Positions 24,125 through 34,397 are shown, counted from the first letter of the stretch. The stretch is DNA of 64,000 bases from an uncultured Alphaproteobacteria bacterium (GCA_963844635.1 CAWJPD010000003.1:1247680-1311679), one strand, 5' to 3'. The notes: generated from the sequence alone by a model not told the origin. Numbers and translations: made by a program.

Positions 24125-24307
24125 CTACATGCTGCTGATCTTGAGATAGCGATAGAGGTCCTTGGCATTCATGATGACCAGCGCCAGCGCCACAAGTCCG
24201 ATGATGGTGCCGAAGCCGGGCCCGGAACCGCCGCCGTGCCGACCATGACGCCTCAGGTCTCTCCTGTCGTCGGACCGAATCATGTCTCTGCTGTCAGAAT
24301 AGCTCAT
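24125..24307 (-). CDS. 60-aa protein with a single C-terminal TM helix, between the protease gene and hypF (possibly the DUF6893-type family; recalled, unverified)
   Basis: Strong RBS AAGGAAGGAG 6 nt upstream of ATG 24307. MSYSDSRDMIRSDDRRDLRRHGRHGGGSGPGFGTIIGLVALALVIMNAKDLYRYLKISSM. Confidence 0.5.
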   Translation of the reverse strand: MSYSDSRDMIRSDDRRDLRRHGRHGGGSGPGFGTIIGLVALALVIMNAKDLYRYLKISSM

Positions 24308-24851
24308 GTTGAACTCCTTCCTTGCGAGGGAAATTTGATGCAGAGCCAATATCTCTGTTGCCGTGTTTGTCTTCGTTGGAAAGTTCCCGTACCAACTGGT
24401 CGACCAGCTCGCAGGCAGGGTCGATCGCTGCTGCGACCGGTTCGCTCAAGCCCATGATCCCTTCATCGCCGCCGAGCGTTAACGGTTCGCAGGCGACCAG
24501 CAGAGCGCGTTGTTGCTTGCCACCGAGCGACGCGGCGAGGCGCAGCACCTTTGCGGGGTCGAGCGCGTGCGGTTCAAGCAGGTCCGGCGCGGTTTCCGCC
24601 ATGATCTCCGGCGCGGGGATTTCGATCAGCGATACGGTGCCGGGCGGCTCGCCGCGTTGCGCGGCATCGATCAGGATGACGTCCCCGGCATGATCGATCA
24701 GCGCATAGACGAGATCGATCCCGCGAATGCCGAAATCGACGATCTTGACTTGTTGAGGCCAGCGGCGCTGCAACAGCCGTCGCGCAGTCTCGACCCCGAA
24801 AGCGTCATCGCCATCGAAGATGTTGCCGATGCCAGCGACCAGAATGGTCAC
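24294..24851 (-). CDS. [NiFe]-hydrogenase maturation endopeptidase (HupD/HyaD family)
   Basis: MTILVAGIGNIFDGDDAFGVE...DFGIRGIDL...VILIDA... Confidence 0.88.
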   Translation of the reverse strand: MTILVAGIGNIFDGDDAFGVETARRLLQRRWPQQVKIVDFGIRGIDLVYALIDHAGDVILIDAAQRGEPPGTVSLIEIPAPEIMAETAPDLLEPHALDPAKVLRLAASLGGKQQRALLVACEPLTLGGDEGIMGLSEPVAAAIDPACELVDQLVRELSNEDKHGNRDIGSASNFPRKEGVQHELF

Positions 24852-26212
24852 GGCTCACCCCCGATTCCGAGCGGCTCGACTTCGTCCTGCGCAAAATAGA
24901 ACCGATGACCCGGGAAACCGGCCGCTCCCAGGTCCCGGCCGGGATCGTCCACCAGCGTGACGGCGACATGCAGGCGATCATCAAAATCGCGCTCGATTCG
25001 CTCGATCACGGCGATCTGATCTTTCAGCACAAGATCCATGATGTCGCCCCGCTCGCGCGGACGCAAGCGGACGCGGCGGCCCGGCGCCAATGCGGACGCC
25101 GTGTCGAGCAGTGTGGCAAGCGAACCTCGCTCGCGAGGGGCGAGATCACCATCGACTGTCTCAAGGCGAGAAGAAACGGACGTGCCCCGGAAGGCGCCGT
25201 GCAGATGGGCGAAATCCTCGGGGGTCATTGCCTGGGTGCGCTCCAGCAAGGCGCGTGCGCGGGCATCGACGCTCGCCATCTCGCGCTTCTCCGCATCGGT
25301 CATGGCGAGGATGCGAAGCGTCAAGATTTCGTCGATCTCCGTTCCATCGAACAGGTCACCGCGGCTTTCCGGCGCCACCGCCGGATAGTCGTAGAGGATG
25401 ATGGGGGACGACAACATCGTGTTGCGCTCGCCCGCCGCACCGACCAGCACCGGCCAGGTCCCGCGGTTTTCACATTGCGCCGCCGCCTCGCGACATCCTT
25501 CGGATGGTTCGAGCAGGGAGCAGAACGCGCCTTGCTGTACTCCCAGAATGGTGTGCGTGGACGCAAAGGCGCGACGTTGCGCCTTGTTGCGATCACCGCG
25601 CTCATCCGCCGATAGCCGAGAGACGTTTTCGATGATGACGCCGACCCGGTACAAATCACCGCCAAGATCGTCGGCGGTGACTGTGATCGCGCCCTCGATG
25701 GGCAGTGTCGCTCGGATGAAGGCTCCGACGACCCCCTGCCGCGCGTTGCGGATCGGATCGAACTGGCGTTGCCCATCGAAGCAGAACGCCACCGTCTCCG
25801 ATCCCCCCGCAAGCTGGCCCAAAGTGAGGGTGGCGATTGCCACTTCCCGTTCGATCGCTTCTTCCCAGGCGAGATATAGCTGCCCGTCAATTTCCAATCG
25901 CGGAGTTGCAACAAGCTTGGCCTCGTGCTGGGGGGAAAACGCCGCAACCGGTTGCGGCAGCTTCGCGACCTCGCGAATGCACAAATGCAGAAAACGCACG
26001 CGAAACTCGACTGTCGTCCCCGAACTTCCTTCGACAAGAACCTGGGTCTGCATCCTCGCGGCGTCGCCATAGGCCGTCCCGAAAGCCTCAGGGAAAACAT
26101 TGCCAAACGTCCAGCGCTGCCGGTTCTTGATCGAAGATGCGCGATAAGGATAGAGGATGTAGCCCTCGTAAAGCATGGCGTTCGCAATGTCGCGGATGCG
26201 ATCGAGGTTCAT
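24848..26212 (-). CDS. Conserved hydrogenase-cluster protein of unknown function (454 aa)
   Basis: GC3-rich ORF with 4-nt overlaps at both ends. No recognisable catalytic motif. Confidence 0.7.
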   Translation of the reverse strand: MNLDRIRDIANAMLYEGYILYPYRASSIKNRQRWTFGNVFPEAFGTAYGDAARMQTQVLVEGSSGTTVEFRVRFLHLCIREVAKLPQPVAAFSPQHEAKLVATPRLEIDGQLYLAWEEAIEREVAIATLTLGQLAGGSETVAFCFDGQRQFDPIRNARQGVVGAFIRATLPIEGAITVTADDLGGDLYRVGVIIENVSRLSADERGDRNKAQRRAFASTHTILGVQQGAFCSLLEPSEGCREAAAQCENRGTWPVLVGAAGERNTMLSSPIILYDYPAVAPESRGDLFDGTEIDEILTLRILAMTDAEKREMASVDARARALLERTQAMTPEDFAHLHGAFRGTSVSSRLETVDGDLAPRERGSLATLLDTASALAPGRRVRLRPRERGDIMDLVLKDQIAVIERIERDFDDRLHVAVTLVDDPGRDLGAAGFPGHRFYFAQDEVEPLGIGGEP

Positions 26213-26859
26213 GATTGGACACTCGTCAACTGCGATGCCAAGAGCTCGCTCAGGGCGCGCTCGAAGGTTGGCAGCCCCCGTTCGCGCTTGTAGCGATAGA
26301 GTTGGTCAAAGGCATCGCGCCGCAAGCACAACCACGCGCTCTGCGGATAATATTCATCCATCATGCGCCGCCACGTTGCCACGGGAAGGCGGAACGTGCT
26401 TTCCTTGCTCCAGGGAATCTGCACGATCTGCAAGGCGCCATCTTCATCGCGATAGAAGATCGAGCCGCTGAACAGGACGTTCAGAGGGACGTCGCCATCC
26501 TCGACGCCATGGAAAAATTTGGTTGCCGCGACATTGAAGTCGTACGTGCAGGGCACCATCAGGCCGACGGTCGTAGACTGATCGAAGGCCGGTACCAGCA
26601 CGCTGGCATGGGTCCAGAGAAAGCTGCGCAGCGTATCGCCCCAGCGCTGCGGCTCGCCGAACAACTCGCACAGCCGCTCCTGCTCCACGGCGACGTAACT
26701 GCGCCGGGTCGGCTCGATGCGGATCTGTGCATTGAGCATGACGTTCAAGATTGCGACCTCAGGGCTGCGGCTCACCACCCGCAGCGCGAACCGTAACAGC
26801 GGCGAAACCGCAAAGCGTTCGACCTCCACCGCCCCCACGCTGAAGTCGAGCTCAGGCAT
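26209..26859 (-). CDS. Conserved hydrogenase-cluster protein of unknown function (216 aa; DUF6084-like, recalled)
   Basis: Overlaps the upstream gene by 8 nt and the downstream gene by 4 nt. MPELDFSVGAVEVERFAVSPLLRF... Confidence 0.7.
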   Translation of the reverse strand: MPELDFSVGAVEVERFAVSPLLRFALRVVSRSPEVAILNVMLNAQIRIEPTRRSYVAVEQERLCELFGEPQRWGDTLRSFLWTHASVLVPAFDQSTTVGLMVPCTYDFNVAATKFFHGVEDGDVPLNVLFSGSIFYRDEDGALQIVQIPWSKESTFRLPVATWRRMMDEYYPQSAWLCLRRDAFDQLYRYKRERGLPTFERALSELLASQLTSVQS

Positions 26860-27478
26860 GCATCACGCCTCCGGTGACGCCCGCTTCGACATTCAAGGCT
26901 CGGAAGAACTCCGCGATCGCATTCCAGGCCTCGGTGCCGCCGGAAAGGCCGTGCCAATGGGTTCGGATAACGCCGATAAGCGCATAGCATCGATCGATGG
27001 AAACCCGATAATACTCGCGCGCACCGTGAGTTCGATTGACGAGCAGGGCTTCGACGTCCGGTGCAAGATCGGAAATCCCCGGATTCTCGGCGACGAGTTG
27101 CATCCAGAGTTCGGGATCGAGCTGCGATTCCGTCGCACCTGCGGGACTTGGATAAATCGCGACGGGCTGCTTTATGCGCGTGCTGGAATAAATGAAGGCA
27201 AGTCCGATCGGAATTTGCAAGGCGTTCCATTGCGGATCGGTCAGGTGAAAATCGGGCAGCAACTGCGTGCGCGGTTCCACCAGGCAAAAGCGTTCGGAAC
27301 TGCCAAGAGAAAACGCGCAGCCTTGGCAGGCGCAATGAAACTGAGCGGTTGCGCGCTCGAAAAGATGCGGGTGCTGTGAAGGAATTGTCGCCGAACAGAA
27401 ATCGCAGTATTCCTCTATCCGTCGCACGAGGAACCGCCGCAGCCGCGAAACCCAGTTACGTGGTGATGAGGCTTCCAT
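26852..27478 (-). CDS. Conserved hydrogenase-cluster protein with an N-terminal Cys cluster (208 aa; DUF5947-like, recalled)
   Basis: The internal ATG at 27478 gives MEASSPRNW...EEYCDFCSATIPSQHPHLFERATAQFHCACQGCAFS, a C-x2-C...C-x-C-x2-C pattern. Confidence 0.65.
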   Translation of the reverse strand: MEASSPRNWVSRLRRFLVRRIEEYCDFCSATIPSQHPHLFERATAQFHCACQGCAFSLGSSERFCLVEPRTQLLPDFHLTDPQWNALQIPIGLAFIYSSTRIKQPVAIYPSPAGATESQLDPELWMQLVAENPGISDLAPDVEALLVNRTHGAREYYRVSIDRCYALIGVIRTHWHGLSGGTEAWNAIAEFFRALNVEAGVTGGVMHA

Positions 27479-27509
27479 GACGCTGCCTTTCGGACCACCG
27501 GGGGGCGCG

Positions 27510-28061
27510 CTACGATGCGAGGGCCGTGTCGTCAACGCGATTGGCGCTTCCGATTCGCGCGGAACTGTTTTCAAACTCGACAATGATCTCGTCGAGATCA
27601 GGGGCCGCATCGAGCAGTGTTCGCTCAACCTCGGACCGAAGTTGCTCAGGCTCTTCGCCGGTGGCTGTGCACTGGACCTGCACCCGGACGGATGCATTGC
27701 CGGTGCTTATCACATTCACGGCAAGGCCGCGTGATTGCCATTGCGGCTCCCTCTTCGCGAGCGCCGAGTGAATCCGCGTCTTCGCGTCAACAGGATGAAG
27801 GCCGTGAAGCAAGAGCAGCGCGTTCACGTGCGGGTCGGCAACCATGCGTCCGCTGAGCGCGCCTCCTGTGTCGGTTGCCGCGACGATGGCAAAAACGCGC
27901 GCGAACGCGAGGCCGTGGAGGTCGAGAAGCAATTCGAACAACTCACGGGCACTCTCACGAGCCTTCGCGTCGGAAACGGTGTCCAGCGCGGTAATCAGCT
28001 TTTCCAGTCGGGCCAGCGACGAATCGAGTGCTGTCTTATCGTCGTGGCGGACACTGCTCAT
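27510..28061 (-). CDS. NifU-C-terminal-like protein lacking the CxxC motif, directly coupled to hhyL
   Basis: ATG 28061 overlaps the hhyL stop (ATGA). The C-terminal ...VRVQVQCTATGEEPEQLRSEVERTLLDAAPDLDEIIVEF parallels the Nfu fold. Only one Cys is present. Confidence 0.6.
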   Translation of the reverse strand: MSSVRHDDKTALDSSLARLEKLITALDTVSDAKARESARELFELLLDLHGLAFARVFAIVAATDTGGALSGRMVADPHVNALLLLHGLHPVDAKTRIHSALAKREPQWQSRGLAVNVISTGNASVRVQVQCTATGEEPEQLRSEVERTLLDAAPDLDEIIVEFENSSARIGSANRVDDTALAS

Positions 28062-29872
28062 TGTCCGCCCTGGTGCGCAACCCCGAACATCGGGGCATGT
28101 ACGGTCTTCAAGGTTCTCCCGCCGCCGACATACATATGGACGCCGCAGGGCAGGCACGGATCGAAGCTGCGCACGGCACGCATGATATCGATGCCCTTGA
28201 AATTATCGGGGCCATTCTCCTCGAAAATCGGTGTGTTCTGGATGGCGTCCTCGTAGGGACCGGGGGTGCCGTAAATGTCCCGGGGCGTCGCGTTCCATGG
28301 CGTCGGCGGATAAGGATGATAGTTGGCGATCTTGCCGTCCTCAATGACGAGATGGTGAGAGAGCACACCGCGCACGGCTTCGTGAAAGCCGCAGCCGATG
28401 GCATGATCGGGGACCTTGAATTCGGTCCAGGTCTTGGTCCGGCCGGCCTGCACCTCCTGCAACGCTTTTTCCACAAAGTAGTATGCAGCGGCCGCGCAAT
28501 AGGCCTGGAAATAGGTGCGCGCGCGATCCCGCTCGATCGCGTTGCTCCATTTCGGGATTTTCCACTCGAATTCGACTTCAGGTTTCAGAGCGGTTTTCGG
28601 CAGGTAGATTTTGACGCTGTGCCCCGTTGCCTTGACGTAACCGATATCGACAATACCCGCGAGGGCGGTGGACCACAGCCGCGCGATAGCGCCCCCCCCA
28701 GTGTCGAGCGCCAGGTGATCGCCGGTACCGCGGTCCAGCCACCGCGGACACATCACCCAGGAGTACTTGCCATTGAAGTCGCGTTTCTGCGGTCGCGGAA
28801 TGGTCGTTTGATTCCACGGATGCTTACGATCGATCGGGTTGCCGAGCGGATCGGTCTTTACGTAGAGGTCGCATTGATCCCAATCGTCGTAATAACATTG
28901 ACCGAGCAGGATGCGCATCTGCACGTTGATGTCGACGAGGTCGGTGGTGACCTGCTGGCCGTCGACAATGACGCTGGGAGTGACGTACATCGCGCGGCCC
29001 CAGTCCGTCATGTGCCGGTACTGGTAGTCGCATTTGTCGGGGTCCTGGAAGGCTCCCCAACAGCCGAGCAGAATTCGGCGCCGCCCCACTTCTTCGTAGC
29101 CGGGCAAGGCTTCATAGAAAAAGTCGAACAGGTCGTCGTGCAGCGGCACGCATTTTTTCATGAACTCGGCGTAGCGAACGAGCCGGGTCAAATATTCGGT
29201 AAACAGCTGCACCGAGGGCACGGTGCCGACGCCGCCGGGATACAGGGTAGAAGGATGGACATGGCGCCCTTCCATCAGGCTGAACATTTCGCGGGTATAG
29301 CGGCTGACCAGTAGGGTCTCGCGATAAAACTCTCCCGTGAACGGGTTGAGTGCGGTCATGATGTCGCCAATCGTGCGATAGCCGTGATCGGACGCATGCG
29401 GCGCCGGCGTGTTCTGAGCTTTCGCCCACACGCCGGGATTGGTCTCCTTGACCATCTTTTCGCAGAAATCGACCCCGACCAGATTGTCCTGGAAAATATT
29501 ATGATCGAACATGTATTCGGCGGCTTCGCCGAGATTGATGATCCATTCCGCAAGCGCCGGCGACCTGATTCCATAAGCCATGTTCTGGGCGTAGACCGAA
29601 CAGGTGGCGTGGTTATCTCCGCAAATGCCGCAGATGCGGCTGGTAATGAAATGTGAATCCCGCGGATCCTTGCCTTTCATGAAGATGCTGTAGCCGCGGA
29701 AAATCGAAGACGTGCTGTGGCACTCTGCCACCTGCTTGTTTTCGAAATCGATCTTGGTGAAGATTCCGAGGCTACCTACGATCCGCGTGATCGGGTCCCA
29801 GTTCATTTCAACGAGATTACCCGACGGCTTATTGGCCCGGCTGGCAGGCTTTCGTTCCAACACGTCGGCCAT
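28058..29872 (-). CDS. hhyL: [NiFe]-hydrogenase large subunit, group 1h (Hhy/actinobacterial type)
   Basis: 604 aa from ATG 29872. N-terminal motif TSRICGICGDNHATC. C-terminal motif SFDPCLPCGVHM followed by a cleavable extension. Confidence 0.9.
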   Translation of the reverse strand: MADVLERKPASRANKPSGNLVEMNWDPITRIVGSLGIFTKIDFENKQVAECHSTSSIFRGYSIFMKGKDPRDSHFITSRICGICGDNHATCSVYAQNMAYGIRSPALAEWIINLGEAAEYMFDHNIFQDNLVGVDFCEKMVKETNPGVWAKAQNTPAPHASDHGYRTIGDIMTALNPFTGEFYRETLLVSRYTREMFSLMEGRHVHPSTLYPGGVGTVPSVQLFTEYLTRLVRYAEFMKKCVPLHDDLFDFFYEALPGYEEVGRRRILLGCWGAFQDPDKCDYQYRHMTDWGRAMYVTPSVIVDGQQVTTDLVDINVQMRILLGQCYYDDWDQCDLYVKTDPLGNPIDRKHPWNQTTIPRPQKRDFNGKYSWVMCPRWLDRGTGDHLALDTGGGAIARLWSTALAGIVDIGYVKATGHSVKIYLPKTALKPEVEFEWKIPKWSNAIERDRARTYFQAYCAAAAYYFVEKALQEVQAGRTKTWTEFKVPDHAIGCGFHEAVRGVLSHHLVIEDGKIANYHPYPPTPWNATPRDIYGTPGPYEDAIQNTPIFEENGPDNFKGIDIMRAVRSFDPCLPCGVHMYVGGGRTLKTVHAPMFGVAHQGGQ

Positions 29873-29907
29873 GGGGTGTCCTTTGCGAAAAATGACTCTT
29901 CGACAGG

Positions 29908-30990
29908 CTAGAGAGGATGGGTCTTCTGCGGCTGGTGGGGATCGTATCCGGTCGTGTTTTCGGGCCGCGCATGGCGCCACTTCGGTTCTTGGTTGAGCGT
30001 ATGGTTCGTCAGCTTACGAAGGTTCCGGATCACGATGCCGTACGAGGTGACGAGCGTCGAGGAGATACGTGCGCCAGGCGGTTCATCCATGAATGGCATG
30101 ACCTTGTCGGGAAAGCCTGGCATGGTGCAGGCAATGCAGATGCCGCCGACGTTCGGACAGCCGCCGATGCCGGAAATCCAGCCGCGTTTTGGCACATTGC
30201 ATTGCACCACCGGCCCCCAGCAGCCGATTTTGACCAGGCATTTGCGCGAGCCGTATTCCTTGGCAAAATCCGCCTGCTCATAGTAGGCGGCGCGATCGCA
30301 ATTCTCGTGAACGGTGGGACCGAACAGCCATTTCGGCCGACCGTGATTATCAATGGGAATCATTGGCGCGAGCCCCGCAAGCTGGCGCAAGAGATACAGC
30401 AGGGTTTCCATGAAATTGTCTGGCTGAACTGGGCAGCCGGGAACGTTCACCACGGGCAAGCCGGCTTTCGATCTCCAGTGCGCGCCGAGAAAATCCTGTA
30501 ATCCCATGCAGCCGGTCGGATTGCCCTTCATTGCGTGAATGCCGCCATAGGTGGCGCAGGTGCCGGCTCCCACCACAGCGAGCGCTTTCGAGGACAAGCG
30601 CTGCACCCATTCCGTTGTCCTGATCGGCTGGCCGGTTCGCGAGCTCGTGCCGACGGCTGCCCAGTAGCCGTCGCCGCTCAGGTTTTCATTGGGGATCGAG
30701 CCTTCCACAACGAGCACGAAATTGTCCAATTCGCCCCGGGCGGCCCGATGAAAGGGCTCCATGAAGTCGTCGCCAACTTCATATGCGAGCACCGGATTGT
30801 GCAGGTGAACTTTTGGCAAGCCGGGAATGGCGCCGAGCAGAACATCTTCGATGCTCGGGTCGCTTGCTGCTGTGATGGAGACCGTATCTCCATCACATCC
30901 GAGACCGGCGGTGATCCAAAGAATATGGACCTCGGCAAGTCGAGGCTGATGTTGGGTTTTGCGTCCGTAAGGTACAGCAACCGCGTCCAT
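29908..30990 (-). CDS. hhyS: [NiFe]-hydrogenase small subunit, group 1h, no Tat signal
   Basis: ATG 30990 with RBS AAGGGGAAGG. MDAVAVPYGRKTQ...LWITAGLGCDGD...GTCATYGG...PGCP...CIACTMPGFPD. No RRxF motif. Confidence 0.9.
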   Translation of the reverse strand: MDAVAVPYGRKTQHQPRLAEVHILWITAGLGCDGDTVSITAASDPSIEDVLLGAIPGLPKVHLHNPVLAYEVGDDFMEPFHRAARGELDNFVLVVEGSIPNENLSGDGYWAAVGTSSRTGQPIRTTEWVQRLSSKALAVVGAGTCATYGGIHAMKGNPTGCMGLQDFLGAHWRSKAGLPVVNVPGCPVQPDNFMETLLYLLRQLAGLAPMIPIDNHGRPKWLFGPTVHENCDRAAYYEQADFAKEYGSRKCLVKIGCWGPVVQCNVPKRGWISGIGGCPNVGGICIACTMPGFPDKVMPFMDEPPGARISSTLVTSYGIVIRNLRKLTNHTLNQEPKWRHARPENTTGYDPHQPQKTHPL

Positions 30991-31287
30991 CGGCGCACCT
31001 TCCCCTTGGCTGAGCCCGCCGTTTTGTTGCTTGCAATTTTCAGTGTTGACCGGGAGCCCGGTGTTTACCGGAACCTCTGAGCACGTTCTTTGTTCCAAGA
31101 TCATTCCAAGGCGCGAAGTTGATTCAAAGGCAAGGCGTCGCGGCGACAAAGCGCATCTAGATCGCTCTCACAATCGCACTGTGGCGGGAGTACGACTCTT
31201 GTGAGGAGCGCGATCCCTGCAGATGGAAACAGGATTGAAGCGATTGCTTGCAGATCGATGCAACGGCCGGCGGCACTGGACTCCGAC

Positions 31288-31770
31288 TTAGAATGTGGCG
31301 CACACCGGGCGGGCGACGATGCCCACCGAATGCTGGCGAAACTGGCGCTTATAGGCTGCGGCGATATCCGCAGCGTCTTCATAGGTTTTCGCCACGTCGG
31401 GCGCTACGATGATCACGACCTGTCCCGGTTCTCGCGCTATCCCGCTAATTTCTCCACGTCGCCTGGTCTGACCGCGCCCTTCGCCCGCATCGCGCCAAGC
31501 ACCGACCGAGTCGAGCACGGTCAGCCCCTCCGGGAAGCGCGGCGTCACCTCCCGCGCCAGAAATCGCTGGAATGCAGATCGGCTGATACCGACGCGCATG
31601 CCGACATTGCGGCCGAACAGCAGTTCGAGTTGTTGCATGGCTTGTAACGGCGCCCGGCATTCGCCGGCGACACCATCAGGCGCTGCGCCGAAGCCTGCTG
31701 TTGCAGCGAATAGGGAGCACACCGCAAAGGTGCCGGCGGTCAGTGAGGGCCGGACGCGGCGACACGTCAT
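31288..31770 (-). CDS. DUF3574-like exported protein
   Basis: The internal ATG at 31770 gives MTCRRVRPSLTAGTFAVCSLFAATAG... then ELLFGRN...SAFQRFLAREVTPRFPEGLTVLDSVGAWRD... Confidence 0.6.
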   Translation of the reverse strand: MTCRRVRPSLTAGTFAVCSLFAATAGFGAAPDGVAGECRAPLQAMQQLELLFGRNVGMRVGISRSAFQRFLAREVTPRFPEGLTVLDSVGAWRDAGEGRGQTRRRGEISGIAREPGQVVIIVAPDVAKTYEDAADIAAAYKRQFRQHSVGIVARPVCATF

Positions 31771-31799
31771 CTGGTTAGGTGAACGCAATTGACCCCCGG

Positions 31800-32417
31800 C
31801 TATTCGCGCGTTTGGCGGTGATACTCGGCATTTGGACGCATGTCCGTCGCCGAGGCGACGCGGTTCGACATGTTGAAAAATCCAGCGACCGCTGCGATGT
31901 CCCAAATGTCGCGGCTCGAAAACCCCGCCCCGCGCAGCGTTTCCCGGTCATGCTCCTCGATTGCCCACGGCTCCGCGGTCAATTTCACGGCGAAATCCAG
32001 CATGGCGCGGTGACGGCGATCGAGGCGGGCGGCGCGATAATTCGTCACCATTAACTCGCCGAGCACGGGATTTTTTGCAAGGCTGCGGACCGCCGCGCCA
32101 TGCGCGACGAGACAATAAAAGCAATGGTTGTGGGATGAAACCGCGACCGCAATCATCTCGCGTTCGAGCTTGGACAGTCCAGAGGGCGCCAGCATCAAGT
32201 CGTTATACATCGCGACGAATGCTTCGAGCTTTGGCATGTCGAAGGCATAGGCCAAGAGCACATTGGGCACGAAGCCTAGTTTCTCGACGCACTTGTCGAA
32301 ATAGGCCTGCATGCCTGGCGTGAGCGGCGCCGGCGGCAGGTCAAGTGCGGTGACAGCGTCCTCTCGCGGGCTGACCGCGCGGGCGGATTTCCCCGCTGGG
32401 CTTGCTTGATGCGACAT
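31800..32417 (-). CDS. Carboxymuconolactone decarboxylase / AhpD-like peroxidase-related protein
   Basis: ...LSKLEREMIAVAVSSHNHCFYCLVAHGAAVR..., the CxxC of the AhpD core. Confidence 0.8.
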   Translation of the reverse strand: MSHQASPAGKSARAVSPREDAVTALDLPPAPLTPGMQAYFDKCVEKLGFVPNVLLAYAFDMPKLEAFVAMYNDLMLAPSGLSKLEREMIAVAVSSHNHCFYCLVAHGAAVRSLAKNPVLGELMVTNYRAARLDRRHRAMLDFAVKLTAEPWAIEEHDRETLRGAGFSSRDIWDIAAVAGFFNMSNRVASATDMRPNAEYHRQTRE

Positions 32418-32616
32418 GGCAATGGCCTCGTGGGTGTGGTCGAAAGCGAAGCCATTTCACCGCAATTTCGGAACGAGGCAAGAGTTCCCGCGCCGCTCGT
32501 TCGGCGGCTCCGCTCTGCCGCACGTCGCATGACGGAGCGCTGCTTTCCTGATAAGGTGAACGCTACGCAACGGGGCCAGGCGTTTTGCTGCCGGGCCGAG
32601 ACAGGGAGGACTGCCC

Positions 32617-34397
32617 GTGACCGCGAAATTCGTCGCCGGAATGCTGTCGGGATCGCTGCTTGCGGCAACCGCGCTGACACCGGCCGGCGCCGCCGACATG
32701 ACGACCGACCGCGCGCTCAATCCGCAACGCGAGCCGCAGAACTGGATTCTGCACCATGGCAATTATCAGGGTCACCGATTTTCGCTACTGAATGAGATCA
32801 ACACCGGCACGGCGAAGAACTTGAGGCTCGCCTTCACGGTCGGTCTCGGCGGATTGCAGAGTGGCGGGCGCTACGCCCATGGCAACCTCGAAGCTACCCC
32901 GCTCGTCGAGGACGGCATCATGTACGTGCCGGATGGCTGGGGCGCGGTGTACGCGATCGATCTCACATCCGGCAAGAAGGGCGTGATCAAGTGGAAGGTG
33001 GATCCCGCCATAGACCGCGCTTGGGCCGGCGATGTTGCATGCTGCGGCGTGAACAATCGCGGCGTCGCGCTGTGGAAAGACAAGGTGATCTCGATCTCGC
33101 TCGACGGACGCATGTTCGCGATCAACAAAGCGACCGGTGAGGTCGCCTGGGAGCGCAAGATCGCCGATCCGGCGCTCGGCGAAACTTTGACGATGGCGCC
33201 GTTGATCGTCCGCGACCTCGCGATCGTGGGCCCCGCCGGCGGCGAGTTCGGCATCCGCGGCTTCATCGAGGCGACCGATCTCAATACCGGCAAACAGGCC
33301 TGGCGCACCTACACCATTCCGGGCGCCGGCGAGCCGGGCAATGAAACCTGGAAGGGCGGTCACGAACAGTGGCAGCATGGCGGCGGCTCGACCTGGGAGA
33401 CCGCGACCTACGATGCCGAGATCCGACACGATCTACCAGGGTATCGGCAATGCCGGTCCGGACTTCGACCCCGAATATCGACCGGGCGACAACAAATGGG
33501 CCGCGAGCGTCCTCGCCCTCAACCCGAACAATGGCGAGATCAAATGGGGCTTCCAGTACACCCCGAACGACCCTTATGATTTCGACGAGATTTCCGAGCA
33601 CCCGATCATCAACGCCAAGGTCAATGGCGAAGACCGCAAGCTCGTCGTGCATGCGGCGCGCAACGGCTTTTTCTATGCACTCGATCGCATCAACGGTTCG
33701 TTCGTTGCAGGTAAGCAGTATGTCGACGAACTGAACTGGACGCCGGGCCTCGATCCGAAGACGGGCAAGCCGATAAACTATGATCCCAATCGCGATGTGC
33801 AGGTCTACAATCCGGGCAGCCACGGCTCGCGCGGTCGGCCACTGAGCGACCGGCTGTGCCCGTCGATCACCGGGGGCAAGAACTGGCAGCCGAGCGCCTA
33901 CAATCCGCGGCTCGGGCTGATCTACATCCCCTCGATCGAGGGCTGTGGCCGGATCGAGACCAACGAGCAGGTCGACTTTTTCGACCAGGGCGGCACTTTG
34001 AAGCCGCGCGAACGCTACACTGGTGGCCCGTTCAAAGCGCCTGAGCGCCGCCTTTACGGGGCGCTGAAGGCTGTGGACCCGACTACCGGCGACACCAAGG
34101 CCAACCTGAAGCTCGACTATCCGAACTATGCGGGTGCGCTTGCGACCGCCGGCGACCTCGTTTTCCTCGGTCAAGTCGATGGCACGTTCGCCGCTTATGA
34201 TGCGCGAACGCTGCAGGAGCTGTGGAGCTTCAATGCCGGCACCGGCATCAATGCCCCGCCGGTCGCGTATTGCGGTGAACGGCAAGGAGTATGTCGCGGT
34301 GTTGGTTGGATCGCGACAGCCGAACAACGTGATCCCGTTCGCGCCGGAGCTTAAGAACACATCGCCCGCCTCCATGCTCTACGTGTTCAGCCTTTGA
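32617..34397 (+). pseudogene. PQQ-dependent dehydrogenase, methanol/ethanol family, tandem copy 1; two 1-nt insertions (about 33421 and about 34272)
   Basis: GTG 32617 with RBS AGGGAGGA. Three ORF-track pieces (32617-33579, 33341-34354, 34128-34397) join into a full-length homolog of copy 3. Vicinal VACCGV and PYDFDE motifs are present. Confidence 0.85.

Noticed and set aside
31000-31290. Sigma-54 or other defined promoter upstream of hhyS (direct repeat CTTGGAA-N4-CTTGGAA on the minus strand)
   Set aside because: The spacing and the -12 element do not fit the TGGCAC-N5-TTGC consensus. The repeat is noted, but I cannot support a promoter call from sequence alone.
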